DNA of 62,921 nt, filler included, from Octopus bimaculoides (GCF_001194135.2; 10 parts of 8 records of this genome joined end to end with filler, not necessarily neighbours in it); one strand, 5' to 3'. Shown: positions 26,690 to 38,186, numbered from the whole stretch's first letter. A program made the numbers and translations. Notes: generated by a model from the letters alone, not told the origin.

Positions 26690-27078
26690 AAGTGGCTGTG
26701 TGGTATGAAATTTGCTTCCCGACCACATGGTTCCAGGTTCAGTTCCACCATGTGGCATCATTGGCAGGTGTCTTTTATTGTAATTTGGGGCCAACCAAAA
26801 GCCTTGTGAGTGAATCTGGTTGACAGAAACTGAAAGAAGCCCATCATGTGTGCGTGTAAGTCATTTTGTCTGTGTTTATATTCCCCACCACTGCTTGACA
26901 TCCGGTATCGGTGTGTTTATGTTCCTATAATCTAGCAGTTCAACAAAAGAGACCAATAAAATAAGTACTAGGCTTTGAAAAAGAAAATAAATATACCGGG
27001 GTCAATTCATTCAACTAAATTCTTCAAAGTGGTGCCCCAGCATGGCCACAGTCTAATGACTGAAAACAGTAAAAGAAA
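26690..27078 (+). mobile_element. SINE-A full-length copy
   Basis: A-box TGGCTGTGTGG, B-box GGTTCAGTTCC, body GGCATCATTGGCAGGTGTCTT, 3' module to CTGAAAACAGTAAAAG. Confidence 0.88.
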
Positions 27079-27486
27079 ATATCCTTTTCTACTCGAGGCA
27101 CACTGCCCGAAATTTTGCGGGAGGGGGCCAGTTGATGAGATAGACCTCAGTACGCAACTGGTACTTAATTTATCAATTCTGAAAGGATAAAAGGCAAAGT
27201 CGACCTCAGTGGAATTTGAGCTCAGAACATAAAGACAGACGAAATACCACTAAGCATTTCACCCGGCGTGCTAACGTTTCTTATATCTTTATTGCCCACA
27301 GGGGGCTATATATATACATACATATATACAACGAGCTTCTTTCAGTTTCCGTCTACCAAATCCACTCAGAGGACTTTGGTCGGCCCGAGGCTATAGTAGA
27401 AGACATTTGCCCAAGGTGCCACGCAGTGAGACTGAACCCAGAACCATGTGGTTGGTAAGCAAGCTACTTACAGCCACTCCTGCACC
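27079..27486 (-). mobile_element. SINE-B (27079-27281), tail of a second SINE-B variant (27282-27308), SINE-A 5' module (27322-27486)
   Basis: Matches to 29311-29527, the tail of 32741-32959, and 16578-16743. Confidence 0.85.
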
Positions 27487-28024
27487 TACTTTTTTAGGAA
27501 TTGAATAAAAAAAAAAAATTTTAATATTTTGTGTATTGTAGAAAATACGAGCAATTTATTTCACAAATTTTAATTAAAAAAAAACCTTATATGGATCACT
27601 AAGGGCCATCTGGGCCCTGGTTGAAAGCCACTACTTTACACCATTTTTGCTACTCTATCCCCACCCCACATCATTATTNNNNNNNNNNNNNNNNNNNNNN
27701 NNNNNNNNNNNNNNNNNNNNNNNNNNNNNNNNNNNNNNNNNNNNNNNNNNNNNNNNNNNNNNNNNNNNNNNNNNNNNNNNNNNNNNNNNNNNNNNNNNNN
27801 NNNNNNNNNNNNNNNNNNNNNNNNNNNNNNNNNNNNNNNNNNNNNNNNNNNNNNNNNNNNNNNNNNNNNNNNNNNNNNNNNNNNNNNNNNNNNNNNNNNN
27901 NNNNNNNNNNNNNNNNNNNNNNNNNNNNNNNNNNNNNNNNNNNNNNNNNNNNNNNNNNNNNNNNNNNNNNNNNNNNNNNNNNNNNNNNNNNNNNNNNNNN
28001 NNNNNNNNNNNNNNNNNNNNNNNN

Positions 28025-29030
28025 CACCACCACCACCACCACCACCCACTACTATCACTACCACCCATGTAAGACACCCCGGATCCTCCACATGCCCACC
28101 CAGCCTCATCTCTTTCTGGAATTACAGACATCCTTATCAACTGAGTGATGATAGCTTACCATTTTCTTCTCCCCCCCCCATCCCCCATCTCTCCCCATTT
28201 CTAGTCCTTGTTAACTTCATCATCAGCAGCACTACTGGCTGTCACAACTGCAACATCACTGCTACTACCACACATACTGTCACCACTCGCTGCCTACTAT
28301 ACACCATTCCTAACACCACCGCCTCGCTACTACTACTACTACTACCACCACCACTATTACCGCCACCACCATTACTATTACCACTACTACTACTACTACT
28401 ACTACTACCATCACCACTATTACTACTACTACCACCACCACTACTACTACCACCACCACTATTACTGCTGCTACTACTACCACCACCACCACTACTACCG
28501 CAACCGCCACTATTACTACCATCACCACTATTACTACTACTATTACCACCACTACTACTACCACTACTATTACCACCACCACCACTATTACTGCTACTAC
28601 TACCACCACTATTACTGCTACTACCACCACCACTATTACTGCTAATACCACTACTACCACCACCACTACTACTACCACTACTACAACCACCACCATCACC
28701 ACCACTACTACTATCACTGTCACCACTACTACTATCGCCACAACCACTGCTACTATTACTACTGTCCCCATTGCCTACTATGCTCTGTTTTCAACGCCAC
28801 CACTACCACACACTACCACCATCACACACTACTTGTACTTCCACTACTGCTGCCACACATACTGTCACCATCGCCTACCATACACACTTTCCAACACCAC
28901 CACAGCTGCTGCACAAGACTCATCTCATCTACTACAAACAGTTTTCATTATCACCACTATCTACTACACTATCTCCCAAACCACCACCACCACCGCTACC
29001 ACATTAACTGCTATCACCTATACTAACACC
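28025..29030. repeat. (CAC/TAC)n low-complexity tract
   Basis: Direct reading; explains the poly-H/Y/T/V ORFs. Confidence 0.95.
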
Positions 29031-29075
29031 ATCATCCTGTTTCTTTCTAACACGATCGATCGTTGATACCATCAT

Positions 29076-29527
29076 ATATTCTTTTCTACTCTAGGCACAA
29101 GGCCCGAAATTTTGGGGGAGTGGGGNNNNNNNNNNNNNNNNNNNNNNNNNNNNNGGGGGCAGTTGATTAGATCAACCCTAATACGCAACTGGTACCTAAT
29201 TTATCGACCCTGAAAGGAATGAAAAGCAAAGTTGACCTCGGTGGAATTTAAAATCAGAACGTAAAGACAAGACGAAATACTGCTAAGCATTTTATTCGGC
29301 ATGCTAACATTTCTTTTCTACTTGAGGCACAAGGCCCGAAATTTTGGGGGAGGGGGGCCAGTCGATTAGATTGACCTCAGTGTGCAACTGGTACTTGATT
29401 TATCAACCCCGAAAGGAATGAAAGGCAAAGTCAACTTCGGTGGAATTTGAACTCAGAACTTAACGACAGACGAAATGCCGCTAAGCATTTCGCCCAGCAT
29501 GCTAACGTTTCTGCCAGCTCGACGCCT
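29076..29527 (-). mobile_element. Two tandem SINE-B copies
   Basis: Both have the TTTTCTACT..GGCACAAGGCCCGAAATTTTGGGGG tail; the second has a full head (TGCCAGCTCG). Confidence 0.88.
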
Positions 29528-29544
29528 CGATACCACTGTATGTT

Positions 29545-29760
29545 GCTTATGGTTGGTTAGCATAAGAGTTAGAGTATTAGGTTCGCAACAAATGTGAGGT
29601 TGTGGGTTTGATTCCTTGTTTTGTCTAAGCAAAGTTTGTGTCCTTGAGCAAGGCTCTTTATTTCGAGTTGCTCCAGGCCACTCGTCTGCAAAAGGAGTAC
29701 CAGTAACAGCTGTAGATTAACTCTGCAGAATGGAACTGATGGCCCATTCAGGATGGGGTC
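29545..29760 (+). mobile_element. CORE-like SINE
   Basis: GGGTTTGATTCC B-box-like motif, then GTGTCCTTGAGCAAGGCTCTTTATTTC..TTGCTCCAG. Confidence 0.55.
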
Positions 29761-29778
29761 GTGCATTATGTCACTTAA

Positions 29779-29962
29779 CTCTTTAGCATTTAAAACCTGC
29801 CAGATCCGGCCGAAATATTCCACCTGTTTTATGCACAAAGTGGCCAGATTTGGCCTCTCACACCAATCCTGTAATGTCATTCTAAAAATTAACAGCTGCC
29901 TCATCAAAGCCTCAAAGCTACAAAATAATGCGTGATTAATTCAAAACAATATGAATAAATGG
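29779..29962. mobile_element. Possible piggyBac-like MITE, one end only
   Basis: TTAA|CTCTTTAGCATTT start; the right end is interrupted by a SINE-A 3' half (29972-30132). Confidence 0.35.
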
Positions 29963-30699
29963 GCATAGACATGGCTGTGTGTTTACGTCCCTGTAACTGA
30001 GCGGTTCAGCAAAAGAGACCGATAGAATAAGTACTAAGCTTACAAAGAATAAGTCCTGGGATCGATTTGCTCGACTAAAGGCGGTGCTCCAGCATGGCCA
30101 CAGTCAAATGACTGAAACAAGTAAAAGAGAGAGTACAAGAGTATACTTCTGAAACCCAGATGAACTTTGACCCTAATGAGCATAAGAGGCATGAAGTTAG
30201 AGACCGGTGCAGCCAATTATGTTGTAACTGAAATGATGGACACCTTAAGTGGGTCTTGTGTTGGTAATGGTGGAGGAGTAGGGTTATTTATGATGGGGTC
30301 GGCGATGCTGCTGTTGTTGGAATTTGCTGTTTGGCAATACAGCTGCTGTTGGAATTTGCTATTGTTTCGCTGCAGGTGTCGGCTCTTGATACAGTTTTGA
30401 ACCTGTGACCAATGTCATTTGTTGACCTAAGTTATATTTCTCGGCATTCGGCTGGAATGCGTTGAGCCAGTACCGACCACGCGGATAGGATAATCTACTG
30501 GAAAGCTAAACAGAAGCCAGCCACATTCAGCAATCTCACAGACATCCAACACAAAGAATTGTCAACCAGTCAGAATTCTAGTGGTGGTCACCATATATTT
30601 GAGGCCCAGATATTGATACAGGATCAGGATGATCTGAGATTATTGTACCAATCCAACTGTTCATCTCAGTGTTTACACCATCTTGGAGGGAGATCTATG

Positions 30700-31027
30700 T
30701 TACTCTTTTACTCTTTAACTTGTTTCAGTCATTTGACTGTGGCCATGCTGGAGCACCGCCTTTTAGTCGAGCTAATCGACCCCAGAACTTATTCTTTGTA
30801 AGCCTAGTACTTATTCTATCGGTCTCTTTAGCCGAACCGTTAAGTTACGGGGACGTAAACACACCAGCATCGGTTGTCAAGCGTTGTTGGGGGGACAAAC
30901 ACAGACACACAAACATATACACACACATACATATATATATATATATACATATATACGACGGGCTTCTTTCAGTTTCCGTCTACCAAATCCACTCACAAGG
31001 CTTTGGTCAGCCCGAGACTATAGTAGA
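30700..31027 (-). mobile_element. SINE-A young copy (head lost in gap)
   Basis: High identity to 22660-22992 and 32013-32378. Confidence 0.9.
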
Positions 31028-31145
31028 NNNNNNNNNNNNNNNNNNNNNNNNNNNNNNNNNNNNNNNNNNNNTTAATTAATTAANNNNNNNNNNNNNNNNN
31101 NNNNNNNNNNNNNNNNNNNNNNNNNNNTATATGTATATATATATA

Positions 31146-31385
31146 CAGGGCGTTGCAAAAGCAGGTGTACAGTTACGAAGAAAGAAATCACGTACAATAC
31201 TTGTTTAGTTTTATCAAGGACATGAAAAGTTTCGATAAAAGTATTTTTATAGTTATGATAAATGTATAATTATGATTAATGACACTAAAAATATCAAAAA
31301 TGAGGCTAATTTAACGTGTTAATAATTTTAATGAATTAAGTATTATAACATTGGCGTGATACTTTCTGTACACCTACTTTTATAT
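31146..31385. mobile_element. Tc1/mariner-type MITE remnant
   Basis: TA|CAGGG start; AAAAGCAGGTGTACAG (31157-72) inverted against CTGTACACCTACTTTT (31366-81), 1 mismatch. Confidence 0.55.
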
Positions 31386-31411
31386 GTAAGTACATATATT
31401 GAACCATATTT

Positions 31412-31877
31412 GATGACTGGCACCTGTGCCAGCGGAGCACTAACGGCACCGTCTGAGTGTGATCATTGCCAGAGCAGCTGTCTGGCTTCCATGTCAATGG
31501 CATGTAAATTGCACCATTTGAGCGTGATCGTTACCAGTGTCACCTTACTGGCACTTGTGCCAGATGGCACGTATAAAGACATTCGAGCAAGATCGTTGCC
31601 AGTGCCACTGGACTGGCTCCTGTGCAGGTGGCACATAAAATGCACCATTTTGAGCGTGGCCGTTGCCAGTACCGCCTGACTGGCCTTTGTGCCGGTGGCA
31701 TGTAAAAGCACCCACTACACTCTCGGAGTGGTTGGTGTTAGGAAGAGCATCCAGCTGTAGAAACTTTGCCAAATCAGATTGGAGCCTGGTGTAGCCATCC
31801 GGTTTCACCAGTCCTCAGTCAAATTGTCCAACCCATGCTAGCATGGAAAGCGGACGTTAAACGATGATGATGATGAT
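31412..31877 (+). mobile_element. Family E RTE-type 3' end with ~65-bp internal subrepeats and (GAT)n tail
   Basis: Subrepeats at about 31447, 31511, 31578 and 31642; terminal GGAGTGGTTGGTGTTAGGAAGAGCATCCAG...GGACGTTAAACGATGATG. Confidence 0.8.
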
Positions 31878-31975
31878 NNNNNNNNNNATCCGGTTTCACC
31901 AGTCCTCAGTCAAATTGTCCAACCCATGCTAGCATGGAAAGCGGACGTTAAACGATGATGATGATGATGATGATG

Positions 31976-32012
<37 letters not shown>

Positions 32013-32013
<1 letters not shown>

Positions 32014-32378
32014 GCTCTTTTACTCTTTTACTTGTTTCAGTCATTTTGACTGCGGCCATGCTGGAGCACCGCCTTTAGTTGAGCAAATCGACCCCAGGAC
32101 TTATTCTTTGGAAGTCTAGTACTTATTCTATCGGTCTCTTTTGCCGAACTGCTAAGTTACGGGGACGTAAACACATCACCATCGGTTGTCATGTGATGGA
32201 GGGGGGACAAACACACATACATACATATATATACATATATACGACGGGCTTCTTTCAGTTTCCGTCTACGAAATCCACTCACAAGGCTTTGGTCGGTCCA
32301 AGGCTATTGTAGAAGACACTTGCTCAAGGTGCCACGCAGTGGGACTGAACCCGGAACCATGTGGTTGGTAAGCAAGCT
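32013..32378 (-). mobile_element. SINE-A near full-length young copy
   Basis: Head, body and 3' module all present. Confidence 0.9.
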
Positions 32379-32479
32379 AGATTTTGTATGACTATCTTAT
32401 TCTTTCGTTCTTTCTTTCTTTCTTTCTCTCAGCCCTTTCACACTTCGTTCTTTCCACCCTTTATTTCTTTCATTCCCCC

Positions 32480-33388
32480 TTTCTCTTCATATCCAGACCC
32501 ATTTATGCAGAGATTGTTTGCTGCCGGCTGAGATCTTTGAATCTGTTCTGTCCAGATCCGACTCGGGGCCCCATCCTCACAGATCGTCATCAATGGTCAC
32601 ATCTGCAGTGGGACCAAAAACGTTAGAACTGGCGCTATCAGCAGTGGAGGACTGTAGTCGACATTGCATTTCTGTGGCAGATGGCAGAGCTAGGGTTTGG
32701 AGAAGGGGTGAGTGCCATGCAGCGGGCTGTGTGGTGGAGTCGGCGAACTGGCAGAAACGTTAGCACGCCGGACAAAAATGCTTAGCGGTATTTCGTCTGC
32801 CGCTACGTTCTGAGTTCAAATTCCGCCGAGGTTAACTTTGCCTTTCATCCTTTTGTGGGTCGATAAATTAAGTACCAGTTTCGCATTGGGGTCGATGTAA
32901 TCGACTTAATACCTTTGTCTGTCCTTGTTTGTCCCCTGTGGGCAATAAAGAAATAAGATGGCTGTGTGGTGGAGTGAGACTCACGAAGAAGAGAAAACAT
33001 CATGGTATGGGGTGGAATTGCACTCAACCAGAAACTTGGACCGGTGGTCTTCCAAAACATTGGCCAAGGCCGAGGCGATGGAGTAACTGTTGCTCGCTAC
33101 ATCGACCAAGTGTTGAGGCCTCAAATTGTGCCATACTTTGCCCATCGCTGGAGTCACGTGTTCCAGCACGACAACACCCGTGTCCATGCTGCCAGTTTGA
33201 CAACAGACTTCCCCAGACACGAACCCCGCAGAGCATCTGTGGGACGAAATCCAAAGAAGGCTAAATGTCGTTTCTCCAAGAGTGAGGGCTGCTAACCCCA
33301 AGGCCATCATCAATCGTTTGGTGCATTCAATGTACTTAAGATGCCTGACAGTAATCAACGCTAACAGTGGTCACACAAGATATTGAAT
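32480..33388 (+). mobile_element. Tc1-like transposase remnant interrupted by a SINE-B
   Basis: GPILTDRHQ, DGRARVWRR, MVWGGI, YIDQVLRP, VFQHDNTRVH, NPAEHLWDEIQRRL, GHTRY*; deletions around D1 and before E3. Confidence 0.85.
32741..32959 (+). mobile_element. SINE-B with 16-bp target-site duplication
   Basis: GGCTGTGTGGTGGAGT at 32725-32740 and 32960-32975; B-box GAGTTCAAATTCC. Confidence 0.95.
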
Positions 33389-33453
33389 TCATCTCTTTGG
33401 ATCCAGGACATTCCATCATCATATGACACAGTTCGATATTTAAGAGATGAGGA

Positions 33454-33601
33454 ATTATTTACATTATTTAAATTTGATGGATATTTGTCCTCATCTTGTT
33501 TGTTGTTAACATAACGTTTCGGCTGATATAACCTCCAACCTTCATCAGGTGTCTTGGGGAAATTTGAAACCTGGGTTCTCATTCCTAACATATTTTTCGA
33601 A

Positions 33602-33668
<67 letters not shown>

Positions 33669-33727
33669 TCATTGTTTGGAATCGAACTCAGAATCTTGGG
33701 ATTAGTAGCCCACGCTCTTAACCACTA
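33454..33727 (-). mobile_element. Family F element, left copy: tRNA-like head, (AAT)n, hammerhead motif
   Basis: Minus strand TAGTGGTTAAGAGCGTGGGCTACTAATCCCAAGATTCTGAGTTCGATTCC, then (AAT)n, then the hammerhead at 33509-33552. Confidence 0.85.
33509..33552 (-). ncRNA. Minimal type I hammerhead ribozyme (Penelope-associated type)
   Basis: ACAC-CTGATGA-A-GGTTG[GAGGTTATAT]CAGCC-GAA-ACGT-T-ATGT: intact core, 5-bp stem II with one G-U, palindromic ACGU stem III, stem I with a mismatch at the closing pair. Predicted cut between 33513 and 33512. Confidence 0.72.
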
Positions 33728-33772
33728 AAATTATAAGCCCTAAAATTCACTCCATAATTGCCCATGGGCATA

Positions 33773-34052
33773 TGGCGTAGTGGTTAAGAGTGCGGGCTAC
33801 TAAGCCCGCGATTCTGAGTTCAATTCCAGGCAGTGACCTGAATAATAATAATAATAATAATAACAATAATAATAATTATAATTATAATAATAATAATAAT
33901 AACATCAAAAAATACCTTAGGAAAAATATCTTCGAACCCAGGTTCAAAATTTCCCCAAGACACCTGATGAAAGCTGGAGGGTATATCAGTTGAAACGTGT
34001 TAACAAACAAGATGAGGACAAATATACGTCAAATGTAAATAATGTAAATAAT
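33773..34052 (+). mobile_element. Family F element, right copy (inverted), with damaged hammerhead
   Basis: A-box TGGCGTAGTGG 33773-83, B-box GAGTTCAATTCC 33816-27, (AAT)n, CTGATGA 33964-70...GAAACGT. A 3-nt deletion removes the cleavage nucleotide. Confidence 0.85.
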
Positions 34053-35491
34053 GATCATGTGATGCCATGTGACGTCAAATATGTTTTAGGAAATGACGCT
34101 TTATCATTAGGCAAAAATGCTTCCTTAATTAGCACTCTTCAATCAATGCTGTTGCAGTCTCTTAATAAACCGGTTTCTATTTAGTATGTGGGCGACTTCT
34201 CTTTCGTGGTTCAGTAAGCATCTACTCAAGGGGTATATTCTAGTATCCTGTGTGGTGTATCACCAAACCTACCTACCAATAAGTACTGGTATCCATCCAC
34301 CCAATCTATCTATCTATCAGTTGGTCTGTCTGTCTGTCTGTCTACCTGTCTGTCTGTCTACCTATCTATCTATCTGTCTATCTATTTATCTATCTATCTA
34401 TCTATCTGTCTGTCTATCTATCTATCTATCTATCTATCCATCTCTCTCTCTCTCTCTAGATATAGACATCTGTCTCTGTCTCTCTTTCTCTTTGTACACA
34501 CACACACACACACACACGCACATATATATAGATATATATATATAGATATATATATATATATACTTGTGTATATAAGATTGACCAGTGACCGGTCTGTCAA
34601 AATGCTAGAAGAGGCTCACTTAAAAGATTCTCAAATACGGATTCAGCGGAGCAAAAACAGGCGGGCTAGACCAGTGAAAATTGTACATACCGCGATTATC
34701 TGCAGATTATAGTTTCAAAATCAACATTTTCAAAATAAAAATGTCTATTTATCTTCAGTACATATATATATATATATATATGTCTCTCTCTCTCTNNNNN
34801 NNNNNNNNNNNNNNNNNNNNNNNNNNNNNNNNNNNNNNNNNNNNNNNNNNNNNNNNNNNNNNNNNNNNNNNNNNNNNNNNNNNNNNNNNNNNNNNNNNNN
34901 NNNNNNNNNNNNNNNNNNNNNNNNNNNNNNNNNNNNNNNNNNNNNNNNNNNNNNNNNNNNNNNNNNNNNNNNNNNNNNNNNNNNNNNNNNNNNNNNNNNN
35001 NNNNNNNNNNNNNNNNNNNNNNNNNNNNNNNNNNNNNNNNNNNNNNNNNNNNNNNNNNNNNNNNNNNNNNNNNNNNNNNNNNNNNNNNNNNNNNNNNNNN
35101 NNNNNNNNNNNNNNNNNNNNNNNNNNNNNNNNNNNNNNNNNNNNNNNNNNNNNNNNNNNNNNNNNNNNNNNNNNNNNNNNNNNNNNNNNNNNNNNNNNNN
35201 NNNNNNNNNNNNNNNNNNNNNNNNNNNNNNNNNNNNNNNNNNNNNNNNNNNNNNNNNNNNNNNNNNNNNNNNNNNNNNNNNNNNNNNNNNNNNNNNNNNN
35301 NNNNNNNNNNNNNNNNNNNNNNNNNNNNNNNNNNNNNNNNNNNNNNNNNNNNNNNNNNNNNNNNNNNNNNNNNNNNNNNNNNNNNNNNNNNNNNNNNNNN
35401 NNNNNNNNNNNNNNNNNNNNNNNNNNNNNNNNNNNNNNNNNNNNNNTATATATCTTTATAGATATATCTGTGTGTCCCTATAAAAAACGAT

Positions 35492-35797
35492 AAACGTCGC
35501 CCTTTCAAAGCCTAGCCAGGCTCATGGGCCCGGTTTCCCAGTTTCTATGGCGTATGTGTTTCCCCCCAGCTGTACAGGACGCCCGTCCATCGCAGCTTTA
35601 CTCAAGAAACAGGAAGAAAGAGTGAGAGAAAGTTGTGGTGGAAGAGTACAGCACGGTTCACCACATCCCCCTGCCGGAGCCTCGTAGATCTTAGGTGTTT
35701 TCACTCAATAAACACTCACATTGCCCGGTCTGGGAATTGAAACCGCGATCCTCTGACTGCGAGTCCGCTGCCCTAACCACTGGGCCATTGCGCCTCC
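35492..35797 (-). mobile_element. tRNA-headed SINE family D with alternative 3' tail
   Basis: Minus-strand head TGGAGGCGCAATGGCCCAGTGGTTAGGGCAGCGG..GGTTTCAATTCCC; body shared with 50519-50580; tail CTGCGATGGACGGGCGTCCTGT differs. Confidence 0.85.
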
Positions 35798-36405
35798 ATG
35801 TGTATCCCTATACATACATATAACTCGTTAATACACATTTGCACGTGTCTTTATCAGTGAGCTCTTTAGTGTGCATGTGTTTGCATGTATGTGTGTGTGT
35901 CTGTATGCACACGGCCAGGCTGGATGAGTGGAGATTTAGAGAGAAAGGGTTTGATATGGCGCAGATTGTGGGTTCAAGTGAGGGTGGGGGCGACAACGTG
36001 TGGCGGTGTGATGACATCTTGTTCAAATTATTGTTCTTGTTCCTACCCCTGATACCCATTTCACCGCAGAACATGAAATGGGATGGCAGAGCCCCTACGT
36101 CACCTCCCACCCATACCACCCCACACTACCCCCGCAAGCAAGAAATGATAGAGAAGATAGGGGAACGGGGTGGGTGCAGATATGGGCGTGGTAGGGGTGT
36201 TAGGTTGTGGGGTGGAAGTTGGCGGGGCTGGGTGGTGAGGGTAGACTTGTTAAGTAGATATGGGTGGTGGGGGTTGCGTCTGAGAGATCTGGGGATGTAT
36301 AGTTTGAACAAACACACACACATAAACGAAAAGAATATACAATAAAAGAATACTCACTCACACACATACATATACAAACATAAATATGCATATACATATA
36401 TACAT

Positions 36406-36462
<57 letters not shown>

Positions 36463-36827
36463 TACATACACATGCATACATATATATATATATGTATATA
36501 AATATATATATACATATATACATATTTATACATACATACATGCATTCATGTATATGCATATCCATACATATATATATATATATACACACACATACATACA
36601 TATGCATATCCATACATACATATATATACACACACATACATATGCATTATATATATATTTATACATATACATTCATATGCATTTATATATATATTTATAT
36701 GTATACATGCATATATATATATATATANNNNNNNNNNNNNNNNNNNNNNNNNNNNNNNNNNNNNNNNNNNNTTAATTAATTAANNNNNNNNNNNNNNNNN
36801 NNNNNNNNNNNNNNNNNNNNNNNNNNN

Positions 36828-37245
36828 TGTAAAGCCTCAGGTCGTTCAACAGGTGACCTTGTTTCCAAGGCGACCCGAGGCCTCTCACGTTTATGCTTCC
36901 GATTCTGAGAATTACCATGTTTTTTTTTTTAAAAAGGAAAGTATTAGAGGAGAAAAGGCTCTACTTACTGTTTTCTGGTGGGGTGGCTCCCCTATGTTTT
37001 CGTGTGGGTGTCTCCACTAAATTTTGATAAAGGCTCCGGGAGAAGCTTATCCCTAGCGACCCAACATCATTCGGAAACTTTTCTTTTATTTTATTATAGT
37101 TTTCTTGGGTTATTTTTAGTGTGAGTATGTGTGCTGGTGGTGCGTTGTGTAGGGGTATAATGAAATTTGTGGTGTTTGCATTTGTATTGTTTTTTAAAAA
37201 GTCTAATAGGTGTTCATTTTTTGTGTTGATGGCTGTTACGTTTGT
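36828..37245 (-). mobile_element. Tx1/L1-like LINE fragment: ORF1 end and ORF2 (APE endonuclease) start, cut by gap
   Basis: ORF ending NLVETPTRKHRGATPPENSK* at 36961; ATG at 36918 gives MVILRIGSINVRGLGSPWKQGHLLNDLRLY, with the APE N-terminal NVRGL motif. Confidence 0.7.
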
Positions 37246-37266
37246 GGTAATAATAATAATAATAAT

Positions 37267-38184
37267 ACCAATCATAGTGAAGGTTTCTCGCCCGGTATGC
37301 CCGAAACCACCCGCATCAGGAGCAGTGATCTCGCCTCGGGCGGTCGTTATGTCACAACAGATCACATACATGGTGTGCGCAAAAACAGACATAAGTGAAC
37401 GAAGGAAGAGTATGATATACTTATTGAATGTCATGAAAGAGCAAAGCTGGGAAGAAGTCGCCGAGTAAGCCGACGTACTTTGAAATTTTGGATGGAAAAG
37501 GACAGGTCAGCGCTCTCATTGAACGCTAGTAGTAGTAAACACATTTGACCTCTGTTGACCCAAAGCGTGTGAGGCCTCTTTTGTCTCCTTATCGTACAGT
37601 AATGTCCATTGCTGACCTCCTCTGGAACGTCACCATTCAAACTGACAGAAAGATAGATGCGAAAAGGCCAACATTATATTGAAAGACTTCAGACAAAAAT
37701 CATGCCACCTCATTGATATGACTATCCCAATCGATATAAACGTATCTGTCAAGACCTACCAAAAACTGAGCAAGTATAAAGATCTTGAAATAGAAATTGG
37801 AAAAATGTGGAACCTCAAGACTAAAACAATACCTGTTGTCATAGGTGCTCTAGGAATGGTAGCAAAAGGGGCCGATTGCTACCTAGCTCAGATACCAGGA
37901 AACTCCAAAATTGCAGAAATTCAAAAGCTAGTGCTCATGGAACCAGCCCATATCCTACGTAAAATACTGTCTATGTTGTCTCAAATTTTAAAACAAACTT
38001 ATTACTTTAAAACAAGCATATTTTCTTATGTTTTCTTAAACATTCTCTAGAACAATACTATGTGCAAAACCAAATATATGACACCCTAGTCATAACACTA
38101 ACATGAACTTCTAAATTGTTGTCTCTTGAGGTCTCTGGGTGAGACTTGGAGCCAACTTCTACAAATACAAAGCAAAAGTCAAAC

Positions 38185-38186
<2 letters not shown>
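37267..38186 (+). mobile_element. R4/Dong-like element: N-terminal segment joined to family B RLE and 3' UTR, no RT; (AAT)n on both sides
   Basis: RKNRHK*TKEEYDILIECHERAK at 37378-37445; from about 37617 LLWNVTIQTDRKIDA...LIDMTIPID...KYKDLEIEIGKMW...PVVIGALG...AHILRKIL. Confidence 0.8.

Noticed and set aside
30135-30700. Unique, relatively GC-richer segment as a possible exon or LTR-element remnant
   Set aside because: All frames examined hit stops and no motif was recognised.
31797-31975. Exact ~80-bp direct repeat around a 10-N gap
   Set aside because: Identical sequence on both sides of a minimal gap indicates an unmerged contig overlap.
33773-33835. Functional tRNA gene
   Set aside because: No acceptor stem or T terminator; followed by (AAT)n and a repeat tail, so treated as a SINE-type head.
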